Source of the DNA: Anaeromyxobacteraceae bacterium
GTDB taxonomy: Bacteria; Myxococcota; Myxococcia; Myxococcales; Anaeromyxobacteraceae
Length of the DNA stretch: 64,000 nt
Assembly (NCBI GenBank): GCA_032654565.1
Contig: JAULAX010000017.1
Span: 160,001 to 224,000 of the forward strand
Reading direction: 5' to 3'
Shown: positions 10,285 through 20,545 of the stretch, piece by piece
Numbering within the stretch: position 1 is the stretch's first letter
Layout: every line of letters starts with the position of its first letter
Made by a program: the position numbers and the translations under genes
Notes under the pieces: generated by a model
The model's database searches: none
What the model saw: the letters and a program-made list of their open reading frames with translations, nothing else
What the model was told of the DNA's origin: nothing

Positions 10285-11136
10285 ATGCGCGCCGAACTCG
10301 AACCGCTCCGCCAGGCCTCGCGCCAGCCCCTCGCCGACCTGCGCCGGGCGCTGGCCGGCCACGGCCGGCTGCTGGTGGCCTTCTCCGGCGGCGTCGACTC
10401 GACCTTCCTGCTGGCCGTGGCCCGCGAGGTGCTCGGCGACGGCGTGCTGGCGCTCACCGCCCACTCCCCCAGCGTGCCGGAGTCGGAGCGGGTCGAGGCC
10501 CGGGCGCTGGCGGCGCGGCTCTCGGCCCGCCACCTGGAGGTGGAGAGCCGCGAGGGGCACGACCCGGCCTACACCGCCAACACCGACCAGCGCTGCTACC
10601 ACTGCAAGCGCGAGCTCTACCAGCGCTGCCGCCAGGTGGCCGAGCGCGAGGGGATCAGCGTGATCGCCGACGGCTTCAACCTCGACGACCGGGGCGACCA
10701 CCGCCCCGGCCACCGGGCGGCCGGCGAGGCGGGCGTCTGCTCGCCGCTCGCCGAGGCCGGGCTCGGCAAGGCGGCCATCCGGGCCTGGAGCGAGGCGCTG
10801 GGGCTGCCCACCTGGGACAAGCCGCAGCTGGCCTGCCTGGCCTCGCGCATCCCCTACGGCACGGCGGTGACGCCGGAGCGGCTCGGCCAGGTGGAGCGGG
10901 CCGAGGCGGCGGTGCGGTCGCTCGGCCTGCGCAGCTTCAGGGTGCGCCACCACGGCGAGGTGGCCCGGCTGGAGGTGTCGGCCGAGGAGCTGCCCGGGGC
11001 CTTCGCGCTGCGCGAGGCGCTGGCGGCCGCGGTGAAGCAGGCCGGCTTCCGCAGCGCGGCGCTGGATCTCGAGCCGTTCCGCTCCGGCCGGATGAACGAG
11101 CTGGCCGGCGTGGCGCTGCCGGTGGTGTCCGGGTGA
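10285..11136 (+). CDS. larE: LarE-family ATP-dependent sulfur transferase (PP-loop)
   Basis: AFSGGVDS PP-loop, RCYHCK, DDRGDHRPG, ACLASRIPYG; alternative ATG at 10276. Confidence 0.9.
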   Translation: MRAELEPLRQASRQPLADLRRALAGHGRLLVAFSGGVDSTFLLAVAREVLGDGVLALTAHSPSVPESERVEARALAARLSARHLEVESREGHDPAYTANTDQRCYHCKRELYQRCRQVAEREGISVIADGFNLDDRGDHRPGHRAAGEAGVCSPLAEAGLGKAAIRAWSEALGLPTWDKPQLACLASRIPYGTAVTPERLGQVERAEAAVRSLGLRSFRVRHHGEVARLEVSAEELPGAFALREALAAAVKQAGFRSAALDLEPFRSGRMNELAGVALPVVSG

Positions 11137-11696
11137 GCGCCGCGCCCATCACACCCGCTGGGCAGGCCGTCCGGGTGGCGCTGGCCGCGCTGGTCCTCAC
11201 CTGCGCCCTCGCGACCCCGGCGCCTGCCGCCGCCCTCGAGCCGCGCTTCGATCACCGGGACCAGCAGGGGCTGCTGGCCGAGCTGGGTGCGGCCCGCGAC
11301 TCGGTGGTGGTGGGCGGCGTCACCCACACCAGCGATCGACCGGCGCTCAGGCTGGCCTGGAGCTTCGACCTGAGCGGGGAGGGGGACGAGCTGCAGCTGG
11401 GCGGCACCACGCGGCTGGGCGGCTGGTCCGACCCCGAGAAGGTGAAGTCGCTCTACGGCCTCGACGCCCGCTACCGCGCCTACTTTGGCTCCGAGGAGCT
11501 GAAGACCTTCGTGGAGATCGGCCTCTGGACCAGCCTGGCCTCGAAGCTGGTGGTGGGCGGGCAGGCGGGGCTGGGGCTGGCCTACGATCCCTCGCGGGCC
11601 TGGGGGCTCTACGTCGCGGCCCACTTCGGCGGCGGCTTCGGCCAGGCGCGCGTGGCCACGGTGGGCCTGGCCTCCGGCGTCCAGCTCCGTTGGTAG
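11133..11696 (+). CDS. Putative small outer-membrane beta-barrel protein
   Basis: Signal peptide, alternating amphipathic strands, C-terminal aromatic residue (VQLRW). Confidence 0.6.
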   Translation: MSAAPITPAGQAVRVALAALVLTCALATPAPAAALEPRFDHRDQQGLLAELGAARDSVVVGGVTHTSDRPALRLAWSFDLSGEGDELQLGGTTRLGGWSDPEKVKSLYGLDARYRAYFGSEELKTFVEIGLWTSLASKLVVGGQAGLGLAYDPSRAWGLYVAAHFGGGFGQARVATVGLASGVQLRW

Positions 11697-11821
11697 GAGG
11701 CGAGTCCGGGGGAAGGCAGGATCATCCGTCCCGGTTGGGTCGTTTAGCCGTTTTCTTGCGGGGGTGATATCAGGTGGTAGTGTGTAGGCATAGGTAGTCA
11801 ATACACCCCTGGAGCCTACAT

Positions 11822-12034
11822 ATGACCACAGAGTTCGAGACCCTCTCTTCCGAGCCGACCAACCGCCTGGAGCCCATGCTGGTCAGGCTCCCCCCCTCCT
11901 TCGCCGCCGAGCTTCGCAACCTGGCCAAGCGGACCCGGGTCCGCCAGTCCGACTACCTGCGCGAGGCGGTGGGCGACCTGCTGCTCAAGTACGGCCAGCA
12001 CCCCATGGCCGGCGAGTCCGACGCCGCCCACTAG
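11822..12034 (+). CDS. Ribbon-helix-helix DNA-binding protein
   Basis: MLVRLP..LRNLAKRTRVRQSDYLREAVGDLL.KY is an RHH pattern; GGAG RBS. Confidence 0.85.
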   Translation: MTTEFETLSSEPTNRLEPMLVRLPPSFAAELRNLAKRTRVRQSDYLREAVGDLLLKYGQHPMAGESDAAH

Positions 12035-12043
12035 GGCGTCGCC

Positions 12044-12829
12044 TCATCGCCAGTCCAGGGTTCCCGGCGGGTAGCTCACGCGGAGCAGCGTGAGCCCCCA
12101 GCCCGGGGCGCGGACCCCCCGGTAGCGTTCGCGCCGCAGCAGCAGGTCCCGGATCACGGTCGTCTCGACGAGGCCGAGCCCGGCGGCGACCGCGGTGCCC
12201 ACCAGGTTCCGCACCATGGCGCGCAGGAAGCCGCGCCCCTCCAGCACCACCATCAGCAGCGCCGTCCCCTCGGCCGCGATCACCTCGACGCCGGTGAGCG
12301 TCCGCACCGAGCCGCGCTGGTCGCCGGGCCGGGCGAAGCCGAAGAAGTCGTGCTCGCCGACGGCGTGGGCCAGCGCCTCGCGCACCCGCGCTGGGTCGGG
12401 AAGGCCGCAGGCCAGTCCCGGAAAGGCCCGCTCGTCGGGCAGCGTCCAGCACCACGGGGCCACCTCCGCGGGCGGCGGCGCCCCCACCAGGTAGGCGTAG
12501 CGGCGGCTCACCGCCGAGGCCCGGGCGTGGAAGTGGGACGGCGCCCGCGCGGCCGCCAGGCAGAGCAGCGACGCGGGGGTGGCGGCGTTGACCGCCCGGC
12601 GCAGCGCCACCGGGTCGAGGTCGAGCCGGGCCTGGAAGCCGACCACCTGGTCGAGCGCCGAGACCCCGGCGTCGGTCCGCGCCGCCACCTGCAGCGGGCC
12701 GGTGACGCCGAGCGGGCGGAGCGCCTGCTCGAGCGCCTCCTGCACCGTGGGCAGCCCGGGCTGCCGCTGGAAGCCGCGGAAGGCGCGCCCGTCGTAGGCC
12801 AGTCGGAGTGCGTAGCGGCGCCGTTCCAC
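12044..12829 (-). CDS. truA: tRNA pseudouridine(38-40) synthase
   Basis: AYDGRAFRGFQRQ, RTDAGV (catalytic Asp), FHAR, FLRAMVRNLVG. Confidence 0.92.
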   Translation of the reverse strand: MERRRYALRLAYDGRAFRGFQRQPGLPTVQEALEQALRPLGVTGPLQVAARTDAGVSALDQVVGFQARLDLDPVALRRAVNAATPASLLCLAAARAPSHFHARASAVSRRYAYLVGAPPPAEVAPWCWTLPDERAFPGLACGLPDPARVREALAHAVGEHDFFGFARPGDQRGSVRTLTGVEVIAAEGTALLMVVLEGRGFLRAMVRNLVGTAVAAGLGLVETTVIRDLLLRRERYRGVRAPGWGLTLLRVSYPPGTLDWR

Positions 12830-12889
12830 GTCATGGTAATTTGACCACGCCTCACCGCGCGGCGCGAGCCGCCCGGGGAGCCCCGCCGA

Positions 12890-13774
12890 ATGCCCGAGCC
12901 CACCCCAGACGCCACCATCCAGATCGACGACCCGGCCCTCGCCGGGGGCGACTGGCTCTTCCAGCGCGACGGCAAGGTCTACGGCCCGGTGGAGGGGCGG
13001 CGGCTGGCCGAGCTGCTCTACCGCGGCGACCTCGGCGCCGCCTCGCTGATCTCCAGCGGCGACGGCAGCTGGCACCCGGTGGCCCACGTCCCGCTCTTCC
13101 TGCTCCACCTGCGCAAGGCCGAGGCCTCGCTGCGCGTCGAGCAGGAGATCACCGGGGCCCGGGCCCTGCGGGTGCGCCAGGCCAGGACCCGGAGCGCCGG
13201 CTACCTGCTCGGGGCGCTGGCGCTGGTGGGCGGGGCCGGGGGGCTGGCCCTCTGGCTCGGCCGCGGCGGCGAGCGCAGCCCGCTGCTCGACGACTTCGGC
13301 GCCGGCATCTCCATCGCGGTGCCGGCCCGGATCGGCGTGGCCGGCCGCGGGCCCGCCGACATCGAGGTGGCGGTGACCCCCGACGCCCCGGCGCCGCGCC
13401 CGGGGAACGGCAACCGCCCGGCCCGCCCGGCGCAGGCCGCCGGCGCCGGCCCGTCGGGGTCGGCCGAGGGCGGCGACCTGGTGGCCACCCAGTTCGACGC
13501 CGGCCGGATCCAGGCGGTGGTCAACCGGCAGCAGCGGACGCTGGCCCCCTGCCTGCGCGCCGAGGCCGAGCGGAGCCCTGGCTTCGCCGGCGAGGTGCCG
13601 CTCGAGTTCACCATCGGCAACGAGGGCAAGGTGGTGCGGGTGGTGATCCTCGACCCGCGGATGCGCCAGGGGGCGCTGCGCGACTGCTTCGAGGCGGCCC
13701 TCTCGGCCTGGAGCTTCGACCGCTTCCCCGGCCAGCGCCCCAGCGTGGCGCTGGTCTTCAAGGTGGGCCAGTGA
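12890..13774 (+). CDS. GYF_2 + TM + AgmX/PglI (TonB-C-like) C-terminal domain protein
   Basis: WLFQRDGKVYGPV GYF motif; TM helix; C-terminal IQAVV..LAPC..GEV.LEFTIGNEGKV..C..WSF. Confidence 0.75.
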   Translation: MPEPTPDATIQIDDPALAGGDWLFQRDGKVYGPVEGRRLAELLYRGDLGAASLISSGDGSWHPVAHVPLFLLHLRKAEASLRVEQEITGARALRVRQARTRSAGYLLGALALVGGAGGLALWLGRGGERSPLLDDFGAGISIAVPARIGVAGRGPADIEVAVTPDAPAPRPGNGNRPARPAQAAGAGPSGSAEGGDLVATQFDAGRIQAVVNRQQRTLAPCLRAEAERSPGFAGEVPLEFTIGNEGKVVRVVILDPRMRQGALRDCFEAALSAWSFDRFPGQRPSVALVFKVGQ

Positions 13775-14388
13775 GCGCCGCCGGCGAGTCGCTGGCGGCC
13801 CGGGCCGAGGCGCTGCCGCCCGGCTCCACCCGCCGCCAGGTGCTGGAGGGGGCGCGCCGCTTCAAGGCCGCCTGGGTGGACTTCGCCCGGCTGCTCTCCG
13901 AGGTGCGCCGGGCCGAGCACTGGCGGGAGTGGGGCTACCCCAGCTTCGACCGCTACTGCGCCACCGAGCTCTTCGTCCGCAAGGCCACCGCCGAGAAGCT
14001 GACGGCCAGCTACGGCTTCCTGGAGCGGCACGAGCCGCGCCTGGCCCAGGGGCTGGGCGACGAGAAGGCGCCGCCGTTCGAGGTCATCGAGGTGCTGTCG
14101 CGCGCCGAGGCGGCGGGGCGGCTCTCGGCCGACGGCTGGCGCGAGCTGCGCGACGAGGTGATCGACCGTCCGCCGACGGCGGCGGCCATGACCCGGGCGC
14201 TGGCCGAGAGGTTCGGCGCCGAGCCGAAGCCGGCGCGGCCGCCCCGGGCGGAGCGGCTGGCCAGGCTGGCGGCGGCGGCCCGGCGGCTGGCCGAGGCCTG
14301 CGCCGCCGAGGGGTCGGTGCCGAAGGCGCTGACCGCGCGCGCCGAGGCGGTGGCCGAGGGGCTGGAGGCGCTGGGCGGGGACGAGTGA
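13771..14388 (+). CDS. Hypothetical protein
   Basis: GTGA overlap with upstream gene; globular segment WREWGYPSFDRYCATEL; coding-type codon bias. Confidence 0.7.
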   Translation: MSAAGESLAARAEALPPGSTRRQVLEGARRFKAAWVDFARLLSEVRRAEHWREWGYPSFDRYCATELFVRKATAEKLTASYGFLERHEPRLAQGLGDEKAPPFEVIEVLSRAEAAGRLSADGWRELRDEVIDRPPTAAAMTRALAERFGAEPKPARPPRAERLARLAAAARRLAEACAAEGSVPKALTARAEAVAEGLEALGGDE

Positions 14389-14491
14389 GCGGCCGCGGCT
14401 GAAGGGCAGGGCCGGGCCCGGGAGGGGGAGGGTGGTCCGAGAACGGGCGGACCGGACCGGTCCGGGTTAAGAAGCTGATGCGCCCGGGGTT

Positions 14492-14520
14492 TTCAAGGGC
14501 CGCACCGATTCTGGTAGAAT
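14492..14520 (+). promoter_or_regulatory. sigma70 promoter of clpX
   Basis: TTCAAG-N17-TAGAAT with TG extension; supports start at GTG 14541. Confidence 0.55.
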
Positions 14521-14540
14521 CGATGGGGGAGACGGCACCA

Positions 14541-15827
<1,287 letters not shown>

Positions 15828-15980
15828 GCGCCGCCTGCTGGGGGCAGGTCGGCGAACCCGGTGGCGTAGGACTGGCGGCGCGCGCTTCACACCGTGCCGC
15901 CCCCGCACCGGGCTCACCTCCGTAACCTCTCGGGATTGTTCGCGGTCGGCCGCGGCATCCGGCTTGCTATTCACGGAGGC

Positions 15981-17393
15981 ATGGCCGCTCTCCGTCTTGT
16001 CGCCGCCGCAGCCGTCGCAAGCCTCGCGCTCGCCACCCCGACCCTGGCGCAGGAGCCGCCCTCTCCGCAGGACCCGGCCTACGGCAGGGACGGGGACTCG
16101 GTCACCGACGGGTCCTGGCAGGAGGGACAGCCGGGCGCCGAAGCCGGCGCCGCCTCGCCGGGAGGCTACGACGTGCGGGTGGATGTCGGCGGGGGCGGGT
16201 CGGTCACGCTCGACAGCTTCCAGTCCGGCCTCTCGCCCTACGGCGACTGGGTCCGGAGCGGCACCCACGGGATGGTCTGGCGCCCGCGGGTGGCGGCCGG
16301 CTGGCGCCCCTACTACTACGGCCGCTGGGAGTGGACCAACGAAGGCTGGCTCTGGGTCTCCGAGGAGCCCTTCGGCTGGGCCACCTACCACTACGGCCGC
16401 TGGTCCTACGACGGCGGCTCCGGCTGGTTCTGGGTGCCGGGCTACCAGTGGGCGCCCGCCTGGGTCTCCTGGCGGTACGGCGGCGACGTGGTCGGCTGGG
16501 CGCCGCTGGCGCCGGGGCTGTCGCTCTACGTGACCTCCTACGCCTTCTACAACTCCTGGTGGACCTTCGTCCCCTCGGGGCGCTTCTGCGGAACGCCGAT
16601 CTGGGGGGTGGCCTACCCGCTGTCCCGCGCCTCGCAGTTCTATGACGTGACCCGCCCGGCGCCGCCGCGCCCGCGCCCGCCCCCGGACCGGTCCTCTTAC
16701 GGAGGGGGCCCGTCGCGCCCCGTGCCCGGCGCCAGGTCGACGCCGGGCTGGGGTGGACCACCGCCGCGGGCCATCGAGGAGCGGATGGGCCGTCCCATCC
16801 AGGCCAGCCGGATCATCAGCGACCCGAACCCCGGCCCGGCTCGCGGGCGGATGGGCGAGATCCGGGTCTACCGCCCGGAGCGGCAGCCGTCGCCTGGCCC
16901 CGGCGATCGCGCGGCGCCGGTGGGGCGGTCCATGGGCCCGGGCGGCATGCCGTCGCCTCGACAGGAGGGGCGTCCGATGATGCCGTCGCCTCGACAGGAG
17001 GGCCGTCCGATGATGCCGGCGCCTCGACAGGAGGGGCGCCCCGTGATGCCTGGTCCGCGGCAGGAGAGCCGTCCCGCCATGCCGGCACCCCGACAGGAGA
17101 GCCGTCCCGCCATGCCGGCACCCCGACAGGAGACCCGTCCCGCCATGCCGGCACCCCGACAGGAGAGCCGTCCCGCCATGCCGGCACCCCGACAGGAGAG
17201 CCGTCCCGCCATGCCGGCACCCCGACAGGAGAGCCGTCCCGCCATGCCGGCACCCCGACAGGAGACCCGCCCGGCCATGCCGGCGCCCCGGCAGGAGAAC
17301 CGTCCGGCCATGCCGGCGCCGCGCAGCTCCAGCCCGTCCCACGGGATGGCGACACCGCCGCAGGGCCGGGGAGCGCCCTTCAGGACGAGGTGA
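15981..17393 (+). CDS. Secreted DUF6600-like Trp/Tyr-rich protein with tandem-repeat tail
   Basis: GGAGG RBS, signal peptide, LSPYGDW..WRPY..GRW..FGWATYHYGRW..WAPAWV. Confidence 0.8.
   Translation: MAALRLVAAAAVASLALATPTLAQEPPSPQDPAYGRDGDSVTDGSWQEGQPGAEAGAASPGGYDVRVDVGGGGSVTLDSFQSGLSPYGDWVRSGTHGMVWRPRVAAGWRPYYYGRWEWTNEGWLWVSEEPFGWATYHYGRWSYDGGSGWFWVPGYQWAPAWVSWRYGGDVVGWAPLAPGLSLYVTSYAFYNSWWTFVPSGRFCGTPIWGVAYPLSRASQFYDVTRPAPPRPRPPPDRSSYGGGPSRPVPGARSTPGWGGPPPRAIEERMGRPIQASRIISDPNPGPARGRMGEIRVYRPERQPSPGPGDRAAPVGRSMGPGGMPSPRQEGRPMMPSPRQEGRPMMPAPRQEGRPVMPGPRQESRPAMPAPRQESRPAMPAPRQETRPAMPAPRQESRPAMPAPRQESRPAMPAPRQESRPAMPAPRQETRPAMPAPRQENRPAMPAPRSSSPSHGMATPPQGRGAPFRTR
16947..17324 (+). repeat. 33-bp coding tandem repeat, 11 full units plus a partial (MPAPRQESRPA)
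   Basis: Unit ATGCCGGCACCCCGACAGGAGAGCCGTCCCGCC repeated head to tail. Confidence 0.95.
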
Positions 17394-18909
17394 CGCGGAC
17401 CGTCGTCTTCATCTGGCGGCCGCTGTCCAGGTCCTTGGCGCTCATGGTCAGGATCCCCTCGACGCTCACCTCGAAGAGGATCTCCAGCCGGGCCTCGCCG
17501 GCCTGGCCCGGGTTGACGCCGCTGAAGGTGAACTCGCCGAGCAGCTCGTTGGCCACGGTCTGGGCCTGGTCCCCCTGGAACATGCGGACCACCAGCTCGG
17601 TCTGGCCGTCCACGGAGCTGGTGGCGGAGATGGCCTTGGCGTTGGGGATGGGGGCGTTGCGCGGGAAGACCACGTGCATGCTGCCGCCGGCCTGCTCGAG
17701 GCCGATGGCCATGGGGATGACGTCGAGCAGCTGCAGCTTGAGGTCGCTGTTCTCCTGGAGCGACCAGCCGTAGAGCGCGGCGCCGATGGCCACCGCCTCG
17801 TCGGGGTGGACTCCCTTGGACGGCGGCTTGCCGAAGAACTTGGTGAGCCGCTCCTGCACCACCGGCATGCGGGTCTGGCCGCCCACCAGCATGACCTCGT
17901 CGATGTCGGCGGCGGTGACGCCGGCGTCCACCATCACCGAGCCGAGGATCTTGAGGGTGCGGTCGACCAGCGGGTGGGTCAGCTTCTCCAGCAGCTTGCG
18001 GTCGAACTTGACGTCGAGGTTGAGCGGCTGCCCCTGCGCCGTCATGGTGATGAAGGGGATGGAGAAGGGGGCCTCGGCCCGGGAGGAGAGGTCGATCTTG
18101 GTCCGCTCGGCCAGGTCCTTGATGCGCTGCATGGCCACCGGGTCGGTGGAGAGGTCGACGCCGTGCTTGGCGTGGAAGCCGTCGAGCACGTGGCCGATCA
18201 TGGCGTTGTCGAAGTCGATGCCGCCGAGGAAGATGTCGCCGCCGGTGGCCTTGACCTCGAAGACCCGGTCGCGGATCTCGATGATGGAGACGTCGAAGGT
18301 GCCCCCGCCGAGGTCGTAGACCAGCACCCGCTGGTTGAGCTGCTTGCCGAGGCCGTAGGCCAGCGCCGCCGCCGTCGGCTCGTTGATGATGCGGACCACG
18401 TCGAGGTCGATGAGCCGCCCCGCCTCCTTGACCGCCTGCCGCTGCCGGTCGGTGAAGTAGGCCGGCACCGTCACCACCGCCCGGGTCACCTTGAAGCCGA
18501 GGTGGTCGGAGGCGACGTCGCGGATCTTGTGGAGGATCTTGGCGCTGACCTCGTGGACCGAGAAGGCGCGGCCGTGGCAGTCCACCGCCACGTCGTTCTC
18601 CTGCCCGGCGTGGACCTGGTACTGCACCGAGCGCTGCACCGACTCGACGACGTCGTCCTTGGGGGCGCGACCGATGAGCCGCTTGGTGGCGTAGAGGGTG
18701 TTGCGAGGGTTGAGCTGCCACTGGCGCTTGGCCTCGTGGCCGATCAGCTCGTTGCCCTTGTCGTCGATGGCGAAGATCGACGGGATGATCGATTCCCCGC
18801 CCTTGTACGGGATGAGCTTCACCTGGCCGTCGCCGTAGGCGACCGCGGCGCAGGAGTTGGAGGTGCCCAGATCGATCCCGATGATGGTCTCGGGTCCCAG
18901 CCTGTTCAT
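17380..18909 (-). CDS. Hsp70-family protein lacking the helical lid
   Basis: [40 protein letters not shown] linker; ends after the SBD-beta domain. Confidence 0.93.
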   Translation of the reverse strand: MNRLGPETIIGIDLGTSNSCAAVAYGDGQVKLIPYKGGESIIPSIFAIDDKGNELIGHEAKRQWQLNPRNTLYATKRLIGRAPKDDVVESVQRSVQYQVHAGQENDVAVDCHGRAFSVHEVSAKILHKIRDVASDHLGFKVTRAVVTVPAYFTDRQRQAVKEAGRLIDLDVVRIINEPTAAALAYGLGKQLNQRVLVYDLGGGTFDVSIIEIRDRVFEVKATGGDIFLGGIDFDNAMIGHVLDGFHAKHGVDLSTDPVAMQRIKDLAERTKIDLSSRAEAPFSIPFITMTAQGQPLNLDVKFDRKLLEKLTHPLVDRTLKILGSVMVDAGVTAADIDEVMLVGGQTRMPVVQERLTKFFGKPPSKGVHPDEAVAIGAALYGWSLQENSDLKLQLLDVIPMAIGLEQAGGSMHVVFPRNAPIPNAKAISATSSVDGQTELVVRMFQGDQAQTVANELLGEFTFSGVNPGQAGEARLEILFEVSVEGILTMSAKDLDSGRQMKTTVRVTSS

Positions 18910-19019
18910 TCTGCCGGACAGCGTACTACGCCGGCGGGGTTCACGGCAGGACTCACTCGGAGCGTACGACGTCGGGCCGGTGGGGTAGCATGGCGGCTCA
19001 CGGGCCGGGAGCCGGAGGG

Positions 19020-19466
19020 ATGATGGACAGCCGCGTCAGCTGGGACGAGTACTTCATGAACATCGCCAGGGTGGTGGCCACCCGGGCCACCTGCGACCGC
19101 AAGCACGTGGGCGCGGTGCTGGTGCGGGACAAGACCATCCTCTCCACCGGCTACAACGGGTCGATCCGGGGCCTGCCGCACTGCTCGGGGGCCGGGCACA
19201 TGATGGAGGAGGGGCACTGCGTCCGCACCGTGCACGCCGAGGCCAACGCCATCATCCAGGCGGCCAAGAACGGGGTCTCCATCGACGGGTGCACCGTCTA
19301 CACCACCGCCTCGCCCTGCTGGCCCTGCTTCAAGCTGATCGCCAACTCCGGCGCCAGCCGCATCGTCTTCGGCGAGTTCTACCGGGACAACCGCATCTTC
19401 GAGTACGCGCAGCAGATCGGCATCGCCCTGGTGTCGCTCGAGGCGCCGGCCCCGGCCGCCGGCTGA
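19020..19466 (+). CDS. dCMP deaminase (ComEB-like)
   Basis: HAEANA and PCWPC zinc motifs, TGYNG. Confidence 0.92.
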   Translation: MMDSRVSWDEYFMNIARVVATRATCDRKHVGAVLVRDKTILSTGYNGSIRGLPHCSGAGHMMEEGHCVRTVHAEANAIIQAAKNGVSIDGCTVYTTASPCWPCFKLIANSGASRIVFGEFYRDNRIFEYAQQIGIALVSLEAPAPAAG

Positions 19467-19482
19467 ACGGCTGGGGAGGAGC

Positions 19483-20235
19483 TCAGCGCTTGCGGAAGAT
19501 CTGGCGGCGGCCGCGGGCGGCGGCCGGATCCATCTCCATGCGCGGCGGCTCCAGCCGGAACTGGTACCACTGCTCGCCGTAGAGCTTCCAGAGCTTGAGC
19601 TTCTTGCCGTTCTGGAGCGCCTGCATCGACTCCTTGAGCTTCTCGTCGCCGGGCGAGGCCGCGGTACCGCGCCCCAGCACCCGGATGGCGTCGTCGTGCC
19701 GGCCCTCCTTCTCGAGGATCCAGGCGTAGGTGGACCAGGCCAGCCCCTCCTTGGGCGCCACCTTCACCGCCTCCTCCAGCAGCTGGTAGGCGCCGGGGTG
19801 ATCCTTCTTGCGGTAGCGGGCGGCGGCGAGGATGCCTCGGGAGAGCCAGTCGCGGTTGACCAGCCTGGCCAGCCAGGAGCGGGGCAGGCCGGCCTCCAGG
19901 TCGGGGAGGGCGGCGTCGAGGTCGTCGGTGATGTAGCGCAGCATGCCGATGGAGGCGTGCAGCTGGGCGGCGGCCAGGAACTGCCAGGGGCCGAGGGAGA
20001 AGCCGCCCTGGAGCGCCGCCACCGCCTTCTCGACGTGGCGGGCCATCAGCTCCTTCTGCACGGCGGCGTTGATGACCTCGAGCCGCTTGCGGACCCGGAA
20101 GGCGATGAAGACGTAGCTGGCCGAGGAGACCACCAGGCCGGGGATGAAGGCCGCCACCCAGCCGAAGCTGGTGCCGACCGAGATGGCCAGGGCGACGAGG
20201 GCCCCGGCGGCGGCGCTGATGAGCAGGTTGTACAT
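19483..20235 (-). CDS. Membrane-anchored TPR protein
   Basis: GGAG RBS, two N-terminal TM helices, TPR-like helical pairs. Confidence 0.7.
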   Translation of the reverse strand: MYNLLISAAAGALVALAISVGTSFGWVAAFIPGLVVSSASYVFIAFRVRKRLEVINAAVQKELMARHVEKAVAALQGGFSLGPWQFLAAAQLHASIGMLRYITDDLDAALPDLEAGLPRSWLARLVNRDWLSRGILAAARYRKKDHPGAYQLLEEAVKVAPKEGLAWSTYAWILEKEGRHDDAIRVLGRGTAASPGDEKLKESMQALQNGKKLKLWKLYGEQWYQFRLEPPRMEMDPAAARGRRQIFRKR

Positions 20236-20320
20236 GGCGGCTCCAGACGGACGAGAGGCGGACCAATACACGCCGGATCACCCTCGCCGCAAGGGGAAAC
20301 CGGCGCCAGCGTGGATGAGA

Positions 20321-20404
20321 TGGCCCTCCCCGGACTCGAACCGGGACGGGGGTTTTCCCCACTCGATTTTGAGTCGAGCGCGTCTACCATTTCACCAGAG
20401 GGCC
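20321..20404 (-). tRNA. tRNA-Leu(CAA)
   Basis: GGCCCTC/GAGGGCC stem, CTCAAAA loop, long variable arm, GTTCGAGTC; CCA not encoded. Confidence 0.95.
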
Positions 20405-20545
20405 GGGCCCACGCAGCGGCCGGCCAACATAACAGAGAATCGGGATTGCCGCCGAGAGGATTGCCGTTATACTCGGCGGATTCAAAGTTTGACGGAGTTT
20501 GACCCTCCGTAGCAATTCCCGCTCAATCCAATCAGGAGTCCGAAC

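Noticed and set aside
15953..15968. sigma54-like CGGCATCCGGCTTGCT before the DUF6600-like gene
   Set aside because: Spacing is right, but the predicted TSS (~15979) would cut off the GGAGG RBS; left unresolved
16947..17324. CRISPR array
   Set aside because: Repeats are contiguous without spacers, in frame in a CDS, and no cas genes are present
20321..20404. Genomic island or prophage at either tRNA-Leu
   Set aside because: No integrase, duplicated tRNA 3' end or phage genes seen
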